Assembly: GCA_963664815.2 (NCBI GenBank)
Contig: CAXXHB010000002.1
Span: 544,001-608,000 of the forward strand
Reading direction: 5' to 3'
Origin: Spirochaetota bacterium
Lineage (GTDB): Bacteria > Spirochaetota > UBA4802 > UBA5550
Length of the DNA stretch: 64,000 bases
Part shown: piece after piece, positions 1 through 10,201 of the stretch
Position numbering within the stretch: the stretch's first letter is position 1
Layout: every line of letters starts with the position of its first letter
The notes under the pieces: model-generated
What the model was told of the DNA's origin: nothing
What the model saw: only the letters and a program-made list of their open reading frames with translations
The model's database searches: none
Translations under genes and position numbers: made by a program

Positions 1-1
1 A

Positions 2-1792
2 GAAACCGAAATCCGCGGATGGAGTGAACTTGATGTTATCCTGTTTTCGGGGGATGCTTATGTCGACCATCCATCATTCGGTAGTGCAGTGATAGGAAGA
101 GTTATAGAGAGCCAGGGATTAAGAATCGCCATTGTCCCTCAGCCGAATTGGCGGGATGACCTGCGGGATTTTAAAAAATTTGGGGTTCCAAAATTATTTT
201 TTGCTGTAACATCTGGATGCATGGATTCAATGGTGAATCATTATACTGCCGGGAAACGGCTTCGTTCTGATGATGCATACACTCCCGGTGGAAAAAGCGG
301 ATTCAGACCGGATTACGCAGTTCAGGTATATTCCGGAATTTTAAAGAAGCTATTCCCCGAGGTGCCGGTAGTTGCAGGCGGAGTTGAAGCGTCACTGCGG
401 AGATTTACTCATTACGATTATTGGAGTGACTCTCTGAGACCTTCTGTGCTTTCTTCAGGCACGATAGATCTTCTTGTTTACGGAATGGGGGAGAAACCTC
501 TGATAGAAAGCATTGAATTAATGAAAAAAGGAGTTCCTTTTTCATCATTAAAAACGGTATCTCAGACCGGATTGAAAATATCAGGTATCGAGCAGTTTCC
601 GCCTAATAAAAACTGGGAAGATGTTGAACTTTATTCACATGAAGAGTGTGTTGATGATAAGAGAAAATTTGCAGCAAATCATGTCCTTATTGAAAAATAT
701 GTGTCATGCTATGAACAGGTAAGACTTATACAGAAAACGGGAGGATCGTCGATTGTTATAAATCCTTTCAGGGTTGAAGCTGAAAGTGATAATATCGACA
801 TAGCTTTTGATCTTCCCTATACAAGACTTCCACATCCGAAATATAATTCGAAGGGTGGTGTGCCAGCTTACGATATGATTCGTCATTCGGTTACGCTTCA
901 CAGAGGGTGCTTTGGAGGATGCAGTTTCTGTTCAATAACAATGCACCAGGGGAAAATGGTGACAAACAGATCAGAAGAGTCGATTTTACGAGAAATAAAA
1001 CAAGTAGCAGAAATGGATGATTTCAGGGGATATATCTCTGACATGGGAGGTCCTTCCGCCAACATGTACAGAATGGGAGGGGATGATACTTCTATATGCA
1101 GAAAGTGCATAAAACCTTCCTGCCTTTATCCATTAATCTGCAGAAATCTTGTTTTTAATCATAAGCTTCTTATTAATCTTTATAAAAAAGCGGAGAAAGT
1201 GCCAGGTGTAAAGAAAATATTTATCTCCAGCGGTATACGCTATGATATGCTTTTATGTGATGATCAGGAAAAGAGAAAAAAATATCATTGTAATGAATAT
1301 ACGGAAAAGCTTGTAAAGGATCATGTCGCGGGGCGATTGAAGGTTGCTCCTGAGCATACATCAGACCGTGTTCTTAAATTAATGCGAAAACCTTCGTATA
1401 AGTTGTTTGAAATGTTCAGAAAAGTTTTTGAAAGAATATCTGTCGGAGCAGGACTTCAGCAACAGATTCTTCCCTATTTTATTTCATCACACCCCGGATC
1501 AGAAATTGAAGATATGGCAGAGCTTGCAGCGTTAACCAAAAGCGGAGGATTCAGACTTGAACAGGTTCAGGATTTTACTCCGACTCCGATGACTCTGTCA
1601 TCGGTGATTTATTATACCGGATTCGATCCTTATACAAATAAGAAAATTTATTGTGCAAGAAGCAGCGAGGATAGAAACGACCAGAGAGGTTTTCTTTTCT
1701 GGTATAAAGAAGAAAACCGGGAAAAGCTGAAACGCAGGTTAAAGAAAATAGGCAGAGAGGATTTGATTAAAAAAATTTTCGGAGGGAAATGA
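2..1792 (+). CDS. YgiQ/UPF0313 family radical SAM protein (5'-partial, begins before the window)
   Basis: The frame is open from position 2 (ETEIRGWSELDVILFSGDAYVDHPSFG, typical of the family). It has the CxxxCxxC motif GCFGGCSFC and the family motifs KVAPEH and EQVQDFTPTPMT. Confidence 0.9.
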   Translation, partial: ETEIRGWSELDVILFSGDAYVDHPSFGSAVIGRVIESQGLRIAIVPQPNWRDDLRDFKKFGVPKLFFAVTSGCMDSMVNHYTAGKRLRSDDAYTPGGKSGFRPDYAVQVYSGILKKLFPEVPVVAGGVEASLRRFTHYDYWSDSLRPSVLSSGTIDLLVYGMGEKPLIESIELMKKGVPFSSLKTVSQTGLKISGIEQFPPNKNWEDVELYSHEECVDDKRKFAANHVLIEKYVSCYEQVRLIQKTGGSSIVINPFRVEAESDNIDIAFDLPYTRLPHPKYNSKGGVPAYDMIRHSVTLHRGCFGGCSFCSITMHQGKMVTNRSEESILREIKQVAEMDDFRGYISDMGGPSANMYRMGGDDTSICRKCIKPSCLYPLICRNLVFNHKLLINLYKKAEKVPGVKKIFISSGIRYDMLLCDDQEKRKKYHCNEYTEKLVKDHVAGRLKVAPEHTSDRVLKLMRKPSYKLFEMFRKVFERISVGAGLQQQILPYFISSHPGSEIEDMAELAALTKSGGFRLEQVQDFTPTPMTLSSVIYYTGFDPYTNKKIYCARSSEDRNDQRGFLFWYKEENREKLKRRLKKIGREDLIKKIFGGK

Positions 1793-2232
1793 TAAATCAC
1801 AATTTCCCGATCTTTTGTATAATGAATATAATAAAGAACATTCGCGAGAAAGTTTTAAAATAGAGCAAAGCAACATTTAAAAAATTATAAGAAAGAATTA
1901 TAAAATCTCCCGCAAAAAATAGTCTGCTATTATAGTATAATAGATATAAAAAGGACGATAATAAAAAATATTTCTGCCCTAGGCTTATGTTTATTATCCA
2001 TCCTTGCACATTTTACTTATCAGACCTCATTTGAAAGTTGTTAGAAATATTAATATAACTTATTGAAAAAATGGATAGACATCTTTTTGTTTCAAAGTCA
2101 GATATTGCTGGATAATTATATTAAAAGACATATAATAACCGGCAATTGCTGTTATAGTGATGTGCGATTACGGAGTTGCTGAGCAAGAATGGGGCGCTGT
2201 CTCGTATATGAGCGCAGTTAAGGTATAAGCAT

Positions 2233-3009
2233 TTGTATTCAATCGGAATAGACATAGGGTCAGTATGCACTAAAGGTGCAGTATATGACGGAGAAAAACT
2301 TCTTACTGATATTATACCTACTGGATGGAATCTCAGAGAGTCGGGGGATACAATCCTCAGGCGTCTTGTTGAAATAAGCGGAATGCATGGGAATGACAGC
2401 CGGTTTATCACAGTAACAGGTTATGGAAGAGATTCTATCGTATTTGCTGATAAAAGGGTAACAGAGATAACATGTCATGCAAGAGGAGCTAATTTCTTCA
2501 ATCATGAAGCCCGGACGGTGATTGATGTAGGGGGACAGGACAGCAAGGCAATAGCAGTTGGAGAAAAAGGGCAGGTTATTGAATTTATCATGAATGACAG
2601 GTGCGCTGCCGGTACAGGAAGATTTCTTCAGGTAATGTCTCACATTCTTGGGAGTGAAGTTGATCAGCTTGAAATTCTTGCCGGAGAAGCCGAGCCTGCA
2701 ATGATTAACAGCATGTGTGCAGTATTTGCTGAGAGTGAGGTCATAAGCCTTTTAGCACGTGGTGTAAGTAAGGAATCAATTGCTGCGGGTATTCTTGAAT
2801 CCATATCGGGTAAAATTCTGCATCTTACAGGGAGAGTCCGTGTATCGGGATTGGTAGTTTTTACCGGTGGGGTCTCTAACAATTCAGTTATAAGGAAAAA
2901 TCTTGGTAAGAGAATAGGGGAGGAGATAGTCACCTACCCCGAAGCACAGTCTGCCGGGGCAGTTGGCGCAGCTTTAATCGGATACGATAGTTACTGGAAG
3001 ATTAAGTAA
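2233..3009 (+). CDS. CoA-substrate-specific enzyme activase (HgdC/YjiL-type ASKHA ATPase with [4Fe-4S])
   Basis: Motifs GIDIGS, VTGYGR, TEITCHARGA, IDVGGQDSK, MNDRCAAGTGRF, SMCAVFAESE. TTG start. Confidence 0.92.
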   Translation: MYSIGIDIGSVCTKGAVYDGEKLLTDIIPTGWNLRESGDTILRRLVEISGMHGNDSRFITVTGYGRDSIVFADKRVTEITCHARGANFFNHEARTVIDVGGQDSKAIAVGEKGQVIEFIMNDRCAAGTGRFLQVMSHILGSEVDQLEILAGEAEPAMINSMCAVFAESEVISLLARGVSKESIAAGILESISGKILHLTGRVRVSGLVVFTGGVSNNSVIRKNLGKRIGEEIVTYPEAQSAGAVGAALIGYDSYWKIK

Positions 3010-3027
3010 AACATCAGGTAATAGTAA

Positions 3028-4170
3028 ATGAAATTTGACAAGTTATATCTTACAAAAATAGAAGAGGATATCTTCAGTAAGGGGATAAAACAGAAGGAAC
3101 TGGGCAAGAAAGTTGTCGGGACTTACTGTGCATTTACGCCTCCGGAAATAATTGCAGCAGCAGGCGCGATCCCTGTATCATTATGTGCAGGTTCTCAGAA
3201 ACCGATTCATGACTCGGAGAAACATCTACCCAGAAATCTCTGCCCACTTATCAAAGCAAGTTACGGTTTTGCTTTGACCGACACCTGCCCGTTTTTTCAC
3301 TATTCCGATTACCTTTTGGCGGATGCTACCTGCGACGGAAAAAAGAAGATGTTTGAACTTCTATCGAGGATTAAGCCTCTGCATCTGCTGCAGCTTCCTC
3401 AAACATCCGGAACAGATGAGAGTTTCGCTTATTGGTTGAATGAACTGTATAAAGTGAAATCCCTGATGGAAAATTTTACAGGAAAAGAAGTTACTGATGA
3501 TAATCTTTCGGCGCAGATTAAATTGTATAATGCCTGCAGGGATGCTACAAGGGAACTGTTTGAACTTAACACGGGGGTATACCCTCTTTTGTATGGAAGA
3601 GAACTTGATTATATAACCGGAGCGCGTGGTTTTGACTGTGATATACCTGAAAGGATTAAAGAGATAAAAAGCGCAGCAAAGGAAGCCGGAGAACGAATCA
3701 ACGATCTGTCGTTTATTGACGAAGTAAAATGCAGGCCGAGAATACTTATTACAGGGTGCCCGAATACCAACAAGAAACTGCTGGAAATAATTGAAGATAC
3801 CGGCGGGATAGTTGTTGCAATGGAAAATTGCGGCGGGCTTAAGACCGTTGGAGTTAATGTGAAAGATGATGAAAAACCGATGGAAGCGCTTGCGAGAAGA
3901 TATTTAAACATTGCCTGTCCATGCATGACTCCAAATGACGGGAGATTGAATATTATTGGTGATATAATCCGCGATTACAGAATTGACGGTGTCGTGGAGC
4001 TGACATGGCAGGGATGCCATACGTATAATATTGAAGCTTTCATGATCAGGGAATATGTTACTTCTGATCATGGGAAACCATATATCCAGATTGAAACAGA
4101 TTATTCTGAAAATGACATCCAGCAGATACGGGTAAGGATTCAGGCTTTTCTCGAACTGATGGGTGACTGA
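3028..4170 (+). CDS. YjiM-like double-cubane cluster reductase / 2-hydroxyacyl-CoA dehydratase family subunit
   Basis: Motifs VGTYCAF, LPRNLCPLIKASYG, TCDGKKKMFE, ITGCP, CPCMTPN, GCHTYNIE and IETDYS, as in E. coli YjiM. Adjacent to the activase. Confidence 0.85.
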   Translation: MKFDKLYLTKIEEDIFSKGIKQKELGKKVVGTYCAFTPPEIIAAAGAIPVSLCAGSQKPIHDSEKHLPRNLCPLIKASYGFALTDTCPFFHYSDYLLADATCDGKKKMFELLSRIKPLHLLQLPQTSGTDESFAYWLNELYKVKSLMENFTGKEVTDDNLSAQIKLYNACRDATRELFELNTGVYPLLYGRELDYITGARGFDCDIPERIKEIKSAAKEAGERINDLSFIDEVKCRPRILITGCPNTNKKLLEIIEDTGGIVVAMENCGGLKTVGVNVKDDEKPMEALARRYLNIACPCMTPNDGRLNIIGDIIRDYRIDGVVELTWQGCHTYNIEAFMIREYVTSDHGKPYIQIETDYSENDIQQIRVRIQAFLELMGD

Positions 4171-4195
4171 ATATAATAATAAAAAGGAGATTGTA

Positions 4196-5305
4196 ATGAT
4201 AAAAAAAATGGCATCAATGATTGCTGTAATCGCTCTTTCAGTTTGTATTTTCTCATGCAAAAAGAGTGGTGGAACGGCAGAATTTAAAATCGGGATTGTG
4301 ACACCTTCTCTTTCCAACAGCGAAGAGGAATTCAGGGCTGCAGATGCACTTGGTAAAAAATATCCAGGAATGACAAAGCATATAATCCTTCCTGATAATT
4401 TTTCAAAAGAACAGGAAACTGGTATTACCCAGATTGCGAGTTTTGCTGATGATAAAGATGTAAAAGCAATAGTTATTTCAGCAGGAGTGAGCGGGATACT
4501 CCCGGCTATACAGAAAGTTAAAGAGAAGAGACCTGATATGGTTGTAATCACTGCGCCGATATGGGATGATCCCGACATGATGGCAAAGTATGTTGATCTG
4601 GCTCTTGATACAGACTGGGTAAGACGTGGAGAGTTTATTCCTGAAAAAGCAAAAAAGATGGGAGCAAAAACCTTAATTCACTATTCTTTTCCTACACATA
4701 TTGCCAAAGAGGTAATATCAAAGAGACGTGAAATGATGAAGCAGACATGTGCAAAAATAGGTCTGAAATTTGTGGAAGTGCTTACACCAGATCCGCAAGC
4801 CGGAAGCAACAGGCAGGCAATGCTTCAGTTTCTGCAGGAGGATATTCCGAGGCAAATAAAGAAATACGGGAAAGAAACTGCCGTATTTGGAACAAACTGT
4901 CCAATGCAGGATGTAATTATAGCAAAGGCGATGGAACTCGGTTTTATTATGCCTGAACAGTGCTGCCCTACTCCTCTACAGGGATTTCCTGCTGCGCTTG
5001 GACTTTCTATTAAACCGGAAGATACAGGAAATTTTGATAAGATTAATGCTATGATAAAAGAAAAGGTTAAAGCGGGGAACATGGCGGGAAGATTGTCAAC
5101 TTGGCCGGTTTCTGTAAGCATATTCCTGCCTACGTTTGCCTTTGAGCTTGCTAAAGCAGCTGTTGAGAAAAAAATAGATCTCAAGAATATAGATCAGGTT
5201 AAGGCAAAGGCTAAAGATGTAGCAGGAGTAAATGTTACATTCAATACTATGAAGCCGGGGATGACCAATTACTACTTGATTATTATTGACTCCATAATAT
5301 ACTGA
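4196..5305 (+). CDS. ABC transporter substrate-binding lipoprotein (DUF3798-like)
   Basis: RBS AAGGAG before ATG 4196, lipobox IFSC, motifs HYSFP, FGTNCPMQ and EQCCPTP. Upstream of the ABC ATPase and permeases. Confidence 0.8.
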   Translation: MIKKMASMIAVIALSVCIFSCKKSGGTAEFKIGIVTPSLSNSEEEFRAADALGKKYPGMTKHIILPDNFSKEQETGITQIASFADDKDVKAIVISAGVSGILPAIQKVKEKRPDMVVITAPIWDDPDMMAKYVDLALDTDWVRRGEFIPEKAKKMGAKTLIHYSFPTHIAKEVISKRREMMKQTCAKIGLKFVEVLTPDPQAGSNRQAMLQFLQEDIPRQIKKYGKETAVFGTNCPMQDVIIAKAMELGFIMPEQCCPTPLQGFPAALGLSIKPEDTGNFDKINAMIKEKVKAGNMAGRLSTWPVSVSIFLPTFAFELAKAAVEKKIDLKNIDQVKAKAKDVAGVNVTFNTMKPGMTNYYLIIIDSIIY

Positions 5306-5349
5306 GAAGTAATTATTTTTCAAATATGTCCGCAACCTTTTACGGTATA

Positions 5350-5436
5350 GGGCCGGAGTGTGGTGAAAATATATATGAGTTGCAACTTATTTTGCTTTGA
5401 AGCAGCAGACTTATATTTTCACCCCATTCTGGTCCC
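5350..5436 (+). other. Long intergenic stem-loop between the SBP and ATPase genes
   Basis: GGGCCGGAGTGTGGTGAAAATATA pairs (with G-U pairs and a bulge) with TATATTTTCACCCCATTCTGGTCCC. Confidence 0.6.
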
Positions 5437-5462
5437 ATCTATTAATGGATGAGGATAAATCC

Positions 5463-7025
5463 ATGAAAGAGCTTCTTAAAGTATCACATCTATCCAAAAA
5501 ATACAGATCAGAGTTTGCGCTTAAGGATGTTTCGATCTCTCTTGAAAAAGGAAGGATCCTCGGGCTGGTGGGAGCAAATGGGAGCGGCAAGAGTACACTG
5601 ATGCAAATTCTTGCCGGGAGCCCTGTTATTGCCGATACAGGCGGTTTTACAGGTGAGATATTTTTTGAAGGAAATCCTATCAGACCTCAAAAACCAGCCG
5701 ATTCTTTAAAGATTGGAATAGGAATGGTTTACCAGGAGTTCGCACTTATACCTTCATTTACAATAGCAGAAAACATTATGCTGGGGCGTGAAAACAGGAT
5801 CAGGGCATTCAGTAGGATGAATAATTTATACTTCCCGCTTATTGACAGGAAAAAGGATATGGAGGAAGCTGCTGCGGTTTTAACAGAACTGGGCTTGACG
5901 GATCTTGATTCCGGCCTGGATGTAATGAATTTAAACGTGGGATCAAGACAGTTAATTGAATTTGCACGTGTAATAAATTACGGAAAACTGAAACTCCTGA
6001 TGCTGGATGAACCAACTGCAGTTCTTGGAAGTGAAGAAAGCGTACGGCTTATGGATCAGGTTAAACGTTTGGCAGAAAGAGGTGTTTCTGTAATATTTGT
6101 TTCTCACAGACTGGAAGAGGTGATGTCATTGTGCAGCATGGTTGCAGTTCTGCGTGATGGAAAAGTTGCCGGATTGTTTAATACTGTAGATACAGACACT
6201 GAAGAGATCGCATGTACTATGCTTGGAAGTATTGGTAATATTGCCCGGAAGAATCATTGCAATAAAGAGGAGAACAGCGCAACTTTTCTTAAAATGGAAA
6301 ATATTAATTGCCACGCAGGGGGGGAAAAGCTTGATCATTTCTCTCTTGAAGTGCTAAAAGGCGAGATAATTGGAATAACAGGGCAGAGCGGACAGGGACA
6401 GATGTTGCTGGGTAAGGCGCTTATGGGACTCATTCCATGCAGTGGTGATATAACTATAGGAGCAGAAAGAATAATTCCGGGCGACATAAGCTCTTTTTAC
6501 AGGAAAGGTTTTTGCTATATCCCGGAGGAGAGACGAAAAGATGGACTGCTTCCCGATCATTCAGTTGCAGAGAATATTGTATTTACTTTGATAAGCACAA
6601 CAAAAAAGTTTACATCCGTATTTGGTTTGCTGAAGTTCAGAATGATTGAGAAAACAGCAGTATCATATATAAAAAAAATGAATATCAAATGCACAGGGCC
6701 TCACCAGAAAGTCTCTGAATTGAGCGGAGGCAATCAGCAGAAAGTGATAATATCTAAGGCGATATCACTTTCACCGGAAATACTGATGGTTTTTGAGCCT
6801 ACAAGGGGAATAGATATTGGTGTAAAAGAGATAATACTGAACCTGTTGCTTGAGATGAACAGAAACAGGAAAACTACAATTATAATTGTTTCAAGTGAAC
6901 TCGAAGAACTGATGAGAGTTTGTGACCGTATAGCTGTTTTGTATGAAGGGGAAATTTTCAGCATTCTTACACCGGAGCATCCTGCCGGTGAATTTGCACT
7001 TGCATTTGCAGGGAAAAATTGCTGA
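5463..7025 (+). CDS. CUT2-type (sugar/nucleoside) ABC transporter ATP-binding protein with two ABC domains
   Basis: Walker A GANGSGKST, LMLDEPT, LSGGNQQK, EPTRGIDIG. RBS GAGG before ATG 5463. Confidence 0.92.
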   Translation: MKELLKVSHLSKKYRSEFALKDVSISLEKGRILGLVGANGSGKSTLMQILAGSPVIADTGGFTGEIFFEGNPIRPQKPADSLKIGIGMVYQEFALIPSFTIAENIMLGRENRIRAFSRMNNLYFPLIDRKKDMEEAAAVLTELGLTDLDSGLDVMNLNVGSRQLIEFARVINYGKLKLLMLDEPTAVLGSEESVRLMDQVKRLAERGVSVIFVSHRLEEVMSLCSMVAVLRDGKVAGLFNTVDTDTEEIACTMLGSIGNIARKNHCNKEENSATFLKMENINCHAGGEKLDHFSLEVLKGEIIGITGQSGQGQMLLGKALMGLIPCSGDITIGAERIIPGDISSFYRKGFCYIPEERRKDGLLPDHSVAENIVFTLISTTKKFTSVFGLLKFRMIEKTAVSYIKKMNIKCTGPHQKVSELSGGNQQKVIISKAISLSPEILMVFEPTRGIDIGVKEIILNLLLEMNRNRKTTIIIVSSELEELMRVCDRIAVLYEGEIFSILTPEHPAGEFALAFAGKNC

Positions 7026-8056
7026 TGAGAAGATATTTTCCTCCGTTTCCGCAGATGATAATAATAATTTTTACTGCAACTCTTTTTATTATTGCGCTGA
7101 AAATAAATGTAACACCATCTTCGATAGTGAATGATCTTATTGTACGACTTATTCTTAACTGCATACTTGTTGTTTCTCTCATTCCGATGGTAAACAGCGG
7201 CGCAGGCTTGAACTTCGGACTGCCCGTGGGAGCTATTTCCGGTCTGCTGGGGATGGTTATAACTGCAAACTTCGGAGGAAAGGGTCTTTCCGGTTTTATT
7301 GAATCTGTTTTGATTTCATTTCCGGTAGCTGTTTTTGCAGGTGTATTATACGGATATTTACTGAACAGGGTAAAAGGGAGGGAGGAGATTGCTGCAACAT
7401 TTACAGGCTTTTCTTTTGTATCGATAATGTGTCTTTTCTGGGTAGTGGCCCCTTTTTCTCATCCGCAGATGATATGGATTCTGGGTGGTAGTGGCTTAAG
7501 GAATACCATAGGGCTTAAAGATTTCTGGGAGAAATCGCTTTATAACCTTATACAGTTCAGAGCAGGAGAGATAATTATTCCGGGAGGTTCGATTATCTTT
7601 ATTGCGATGATTTTGCTGTTTCTTTATCTTTTTTCAAGAAGCAGGACAGGACTGCTTATGAATGCAGCTGGAGAGAATGAATCTTTCGCAAGGATAAACG
7701 GAGTGAACATTGCGCGGATGAGAATAATTTCTGTAATAATGTCGACTATGCTTGCCTCGACAGGGACATGTATCTACGCGCAGCAATATGGGTTTATTGA
7801 GCTTTATGATGCTCCATTGATGGCTGCGTTTCCTGCAGTTTCTGCTCTTCTTCTCGGCGGGGGCTCCGGAAGAAGAACATATCTCCGTCATGCGCTGTTT
7901 GGAGTTATTCTTTATCAGTCACTGTTCCTTCTGTCATTGCCGGTTGCCAATGCATTACTTATTCCAGAGATGACGGAGATAATACGAATGATAGTGACAA
8001 GTTTTGTAATTCTTTATGCTTTTGCAAAAAGAAATGAAGTTCAAAGGCATTCATGA
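7025..8056 (+). CDS. ABC transporter permease (BPD_transp_2)
   Basis: Multi-TM protein with GLNFG and AAGENESFARINGVN motifs. TGATG overlap with the ATPase stop. Confidence 0.88.
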   Translation: MRRYFPPFPQMIIIIFTATLFIIALKINVTPSSIVNDLIVRLILNCILVVSLIPMVNSGAGLNFGLPVGAISGLLGMVITANFGGKGLSGFIESVLISFPVAVFAGVLYGYLLNRVKGREEIAATFTGFSFVSIMCLFWVVAPFSHPQMIWILGGSGLRNTIGLKDFWEKSLYNLIQFRAGEIIIPGGSIIFIAMILLFLYLFSRSRTGLLMNAAGENESFARINGVNIARMRIISVIMSTMLASTGTCIYAQQYGFIELYDAPLMAAFPAVSALLLGGGSGRRTYLRHALFGVILYQSLFLLSLPVANALLIPEMTEIIRMIVTSFVILYAFAKRNEVQRHS

Positions 8057-9084
8057 TGAAAAGATTAAATCCGGTCCCGTTAATTTTTTTTATTCTGACA
8101 TTAATGGCATTTTCATTTTCCGGGTTAAGTGCAGGATTTGTGATTAACGAGGTAATAACGCGTATAATAAGGGATTCACTTCTTGTTTTTGCGCTTATTA
8201 TCCCGATAACTGCCGGGATGGGATTGAATTTTTCAATTATTGTAGGGGCAATGGCTGCTCAGGCTGGCTGGATAATCATGCTTGATCATAGAGTGAGCGG
8301 CATTGCAGGAATTGCCGGCGCTGTTTTTTATGGGATTGTTATTTCAGTAGCATGCGGTTATGCAATTGGATCATACCTTAACCGGGTTAAAGGTAATGAG
8401 ATGATTGCAACAATGATAATAGGAATACTTGGATCTGGATTTTACCAGCTGGTTTTTCTCGTTGGTTATGGGACATTTATACCGGCATCTAACAGTGAAC
8501 TTCTTCTTTCCAGGGGAGCCGGTATAAGGAATATGGTTGACCTGGCTCCATACAGGAATATTTTGGAAAGGCTGCTCCTTATCGATGTTTATGGTATTCA
8601 GATACCGGTTTTTATGCTGTTGCTGACAGTGGGGGCGGCTGGAAGTTTAAAAATTATTTTAAGTACACGGATGGGGCAGAAATTCCGTGCAGTGGGAGCT
8701 GATCAAGTATCGGCTGAACTTGCCGGTATCGATACGGACAGAACAAGAATAGTGGCGATCATTATTTCAACGGTGTTTGCATGCCTCGGTCAGATTATTT
8801 TTCTTCAGAATATAGGGATGGTCAATGTTTATACTGCTCACATGAATTCCGATATTTTCTCATGCGCGGCACTTCTCGCCGGAGGAGCAACAATTAAGGA
8901 GGCGAAAATACGTCACGCGATTGTCGGTATAATTCTTTTTCACTCGCTTTATATTGTAACACCTCAGGCCGGGCAGAACCTTTTCGCTAATGCGGTTCTG
9001 GGTGAATATTTCCGCAGTTTTGTTGCCTATGGATCAATAGCAATTGCCCTGATAATTAACATTAAGCATGAAAGTAAAATCTAA
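8053..9084 (+). CDS. ABC transporter permease (BPD_transp_2)
   Basis: Multi-TM protein with GMGLNF and RAVGADQVSAELAGID motifs. ATGA overlap with the previous gene. Confidence 0.88.
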   Translation: MMKRLNPVPLIFFILTLMAFSFSGLSAGFVINEVITRIIRDSLLVFALIIPITAGMGLNFSIIVGAMAAQAGWIIMLDHRVSGIAGIAGAVFYGIVISVACGYAIGSYLNRVKGNEMIATMIIGILGSGFYQLVFLVGYGTFIPASNSELLLSRGAGIRNMVDLAPYRNILERLLLIDVYGIQIPVFMLLLTVGAAGSLKIILSTRMGQKFRAVGADQVSAELAGIDTDRTRIVAIIISTVFACLGQIIFLQNIGMVNVYTAHMNSDIFSCAALLAGGATIKEAKIRHAIVGIILFHSLYIVTPQAGQNLFANAVLGEYFRSFVAYGSIAIALIINIKHESKI

Positions 9085-10160
9085 TACTCTCCGAATCTCA
9101 ATTCAAGGATCATATCCCAGAACCATGATTCGTCTGCGGGATTGTTTTTGTAGTATACAAGATCAATATTCTGGCTTCCTGTATTGTTATCCTGCAGGTT
9201 GAGCGGAATACCGGAGTTCTTTATAAGTTGTTTTGTTACATCACCTGTTGTAATTGTGTCGGTAACTACCGGGAGATCGGTAATAATTTTCATTCTGCTG
9301 AAACCTTTATCCGGCAAAAGTCTTTTAAGCCCATTTTTTCCTTTAAGTGTTTTTATTACGCGGAAAATGTTTTTTTCAGTACCGGAGCAGTATATATAGA
9401 ATCCTTTTTCAATTATCTCTCCATCATTGTTAACAGTCTCTTCAGAATTAAAGATTATAAGGAGGAATAATCCATCTGGTTTAACTTCTGGTATACATAC
9501 AGGGATCTCTCTCAATGATCGAATCTTCAGTCTGTCATCATACTGAACAGCGAAGGCGTGAATGTCTATCCTGCTTCTGTTCTCTTTCAGAGTTTCATAA
9601 AATGTAAAATCGGTATGATAATTCGGAAGAAATATTTCTATATCATTTTTAAGAACGAAAAAGACCAGTTTTCCTTTACCTGATTCAGCAAGAGATTTTA
9701 TATGTTCTGATGCACGTGAACTTACTGCGTCGGGGAAAGATCCTGTTTTCTTATAAAAGAGGGTGCATGATTTTAATTCAATGAATGATTTTTCATTGAT
9801 ATGCTTTAACAGAAAGTCAAATCTGTGATTCCCGTATACCGGTTCTCTTGTTATTGAATCAAAAAGACATAATTCCGGGACTTTTTTATTAAGGAGAAGT
9901 TCATAAAAGAGACTGTTACTGTAAGTTGAATCTATCATTACAGGGAAAGACTTTTTAATAATATAAAGTATTTTATAACGGTATTTTGCATTAATAGGAG
10001 AAAGAAGGATTTCACTTCCAGGCAGGGCAAGCTCGGAAAGGCGCCCGGTGTTGGGAACATATACATGAAGTTTTTTATTGTCGATCAGGATTTCGGCAAC
10101 GAATCTGTTAACTCTTTTTATCAGCGTCGCCTTCAGTAATGGGCTGTGCACCTTCTGCAT
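9081..10160 (-). CDS. sfsA: DNA/RNA nuclease SfsA with C-terminal extension
   Basis: Motifs KRVNRF, PNTGRL, RFDFLL, IELKSCTL, FPDAVSSRASEH, followed by about 130 extra C-terminal residues. Confidence 0.85.
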   Translation of the reverse strand: MQKVHSPLLKATLIKRVNRFVAEILIDNKKLHVYVPNTGRLSELALPGSEILLSPINAKYRYKILYIIKKSFPVMIDSTYSNSLFYELLLNKKVPELCLFDSITREPVYGNHRFDFLLKHINEKSFIELKSCTLFYKKTGSFPDAVSSRASEHIKSLAESGKGKLVFFVLKNDIEIFLPNYHTDFTFYETLKENRSRIDIHAFAVQYDDRLKIRSLREIPVCIPEVKPDGLFLLIIFNSEETVNNDGEIIEKGFYIYCSGTEKNIFRVIKTLKGKNGLKRLLPDKGFSRMKIITDLPVVTDTITTGDVTKQLIKNSGIPLNLQDNNTGSQNIDLVYYKNNPADESWFWDMILELRFGEY

Positions 10161-10164
10161 TATT

Positions 10165-10197
10165 CAAAATAAAACTCCGCCTGATGGCGGAGTTTTT
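10165..10197 (-). terminator. Rho-independent terminator downstream of the enoyl-CoA hydratase gene (could act bidirectionally)
   Basis: Perfect hairpin AAAACTCCGCC-TGAT-GGCGGAGTTTT, with T-rich tails on both strands. Confidence 0.8.
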
Positions 10198-10201
10198 AAT
10201 T

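Noticed and set aside
1793-2232. Leader RNA or small ORF upstream of the activase gene
   Set aside because: Only short hairpins and stop-interrupted frames are present, with no T-box or riboswitch consensus.
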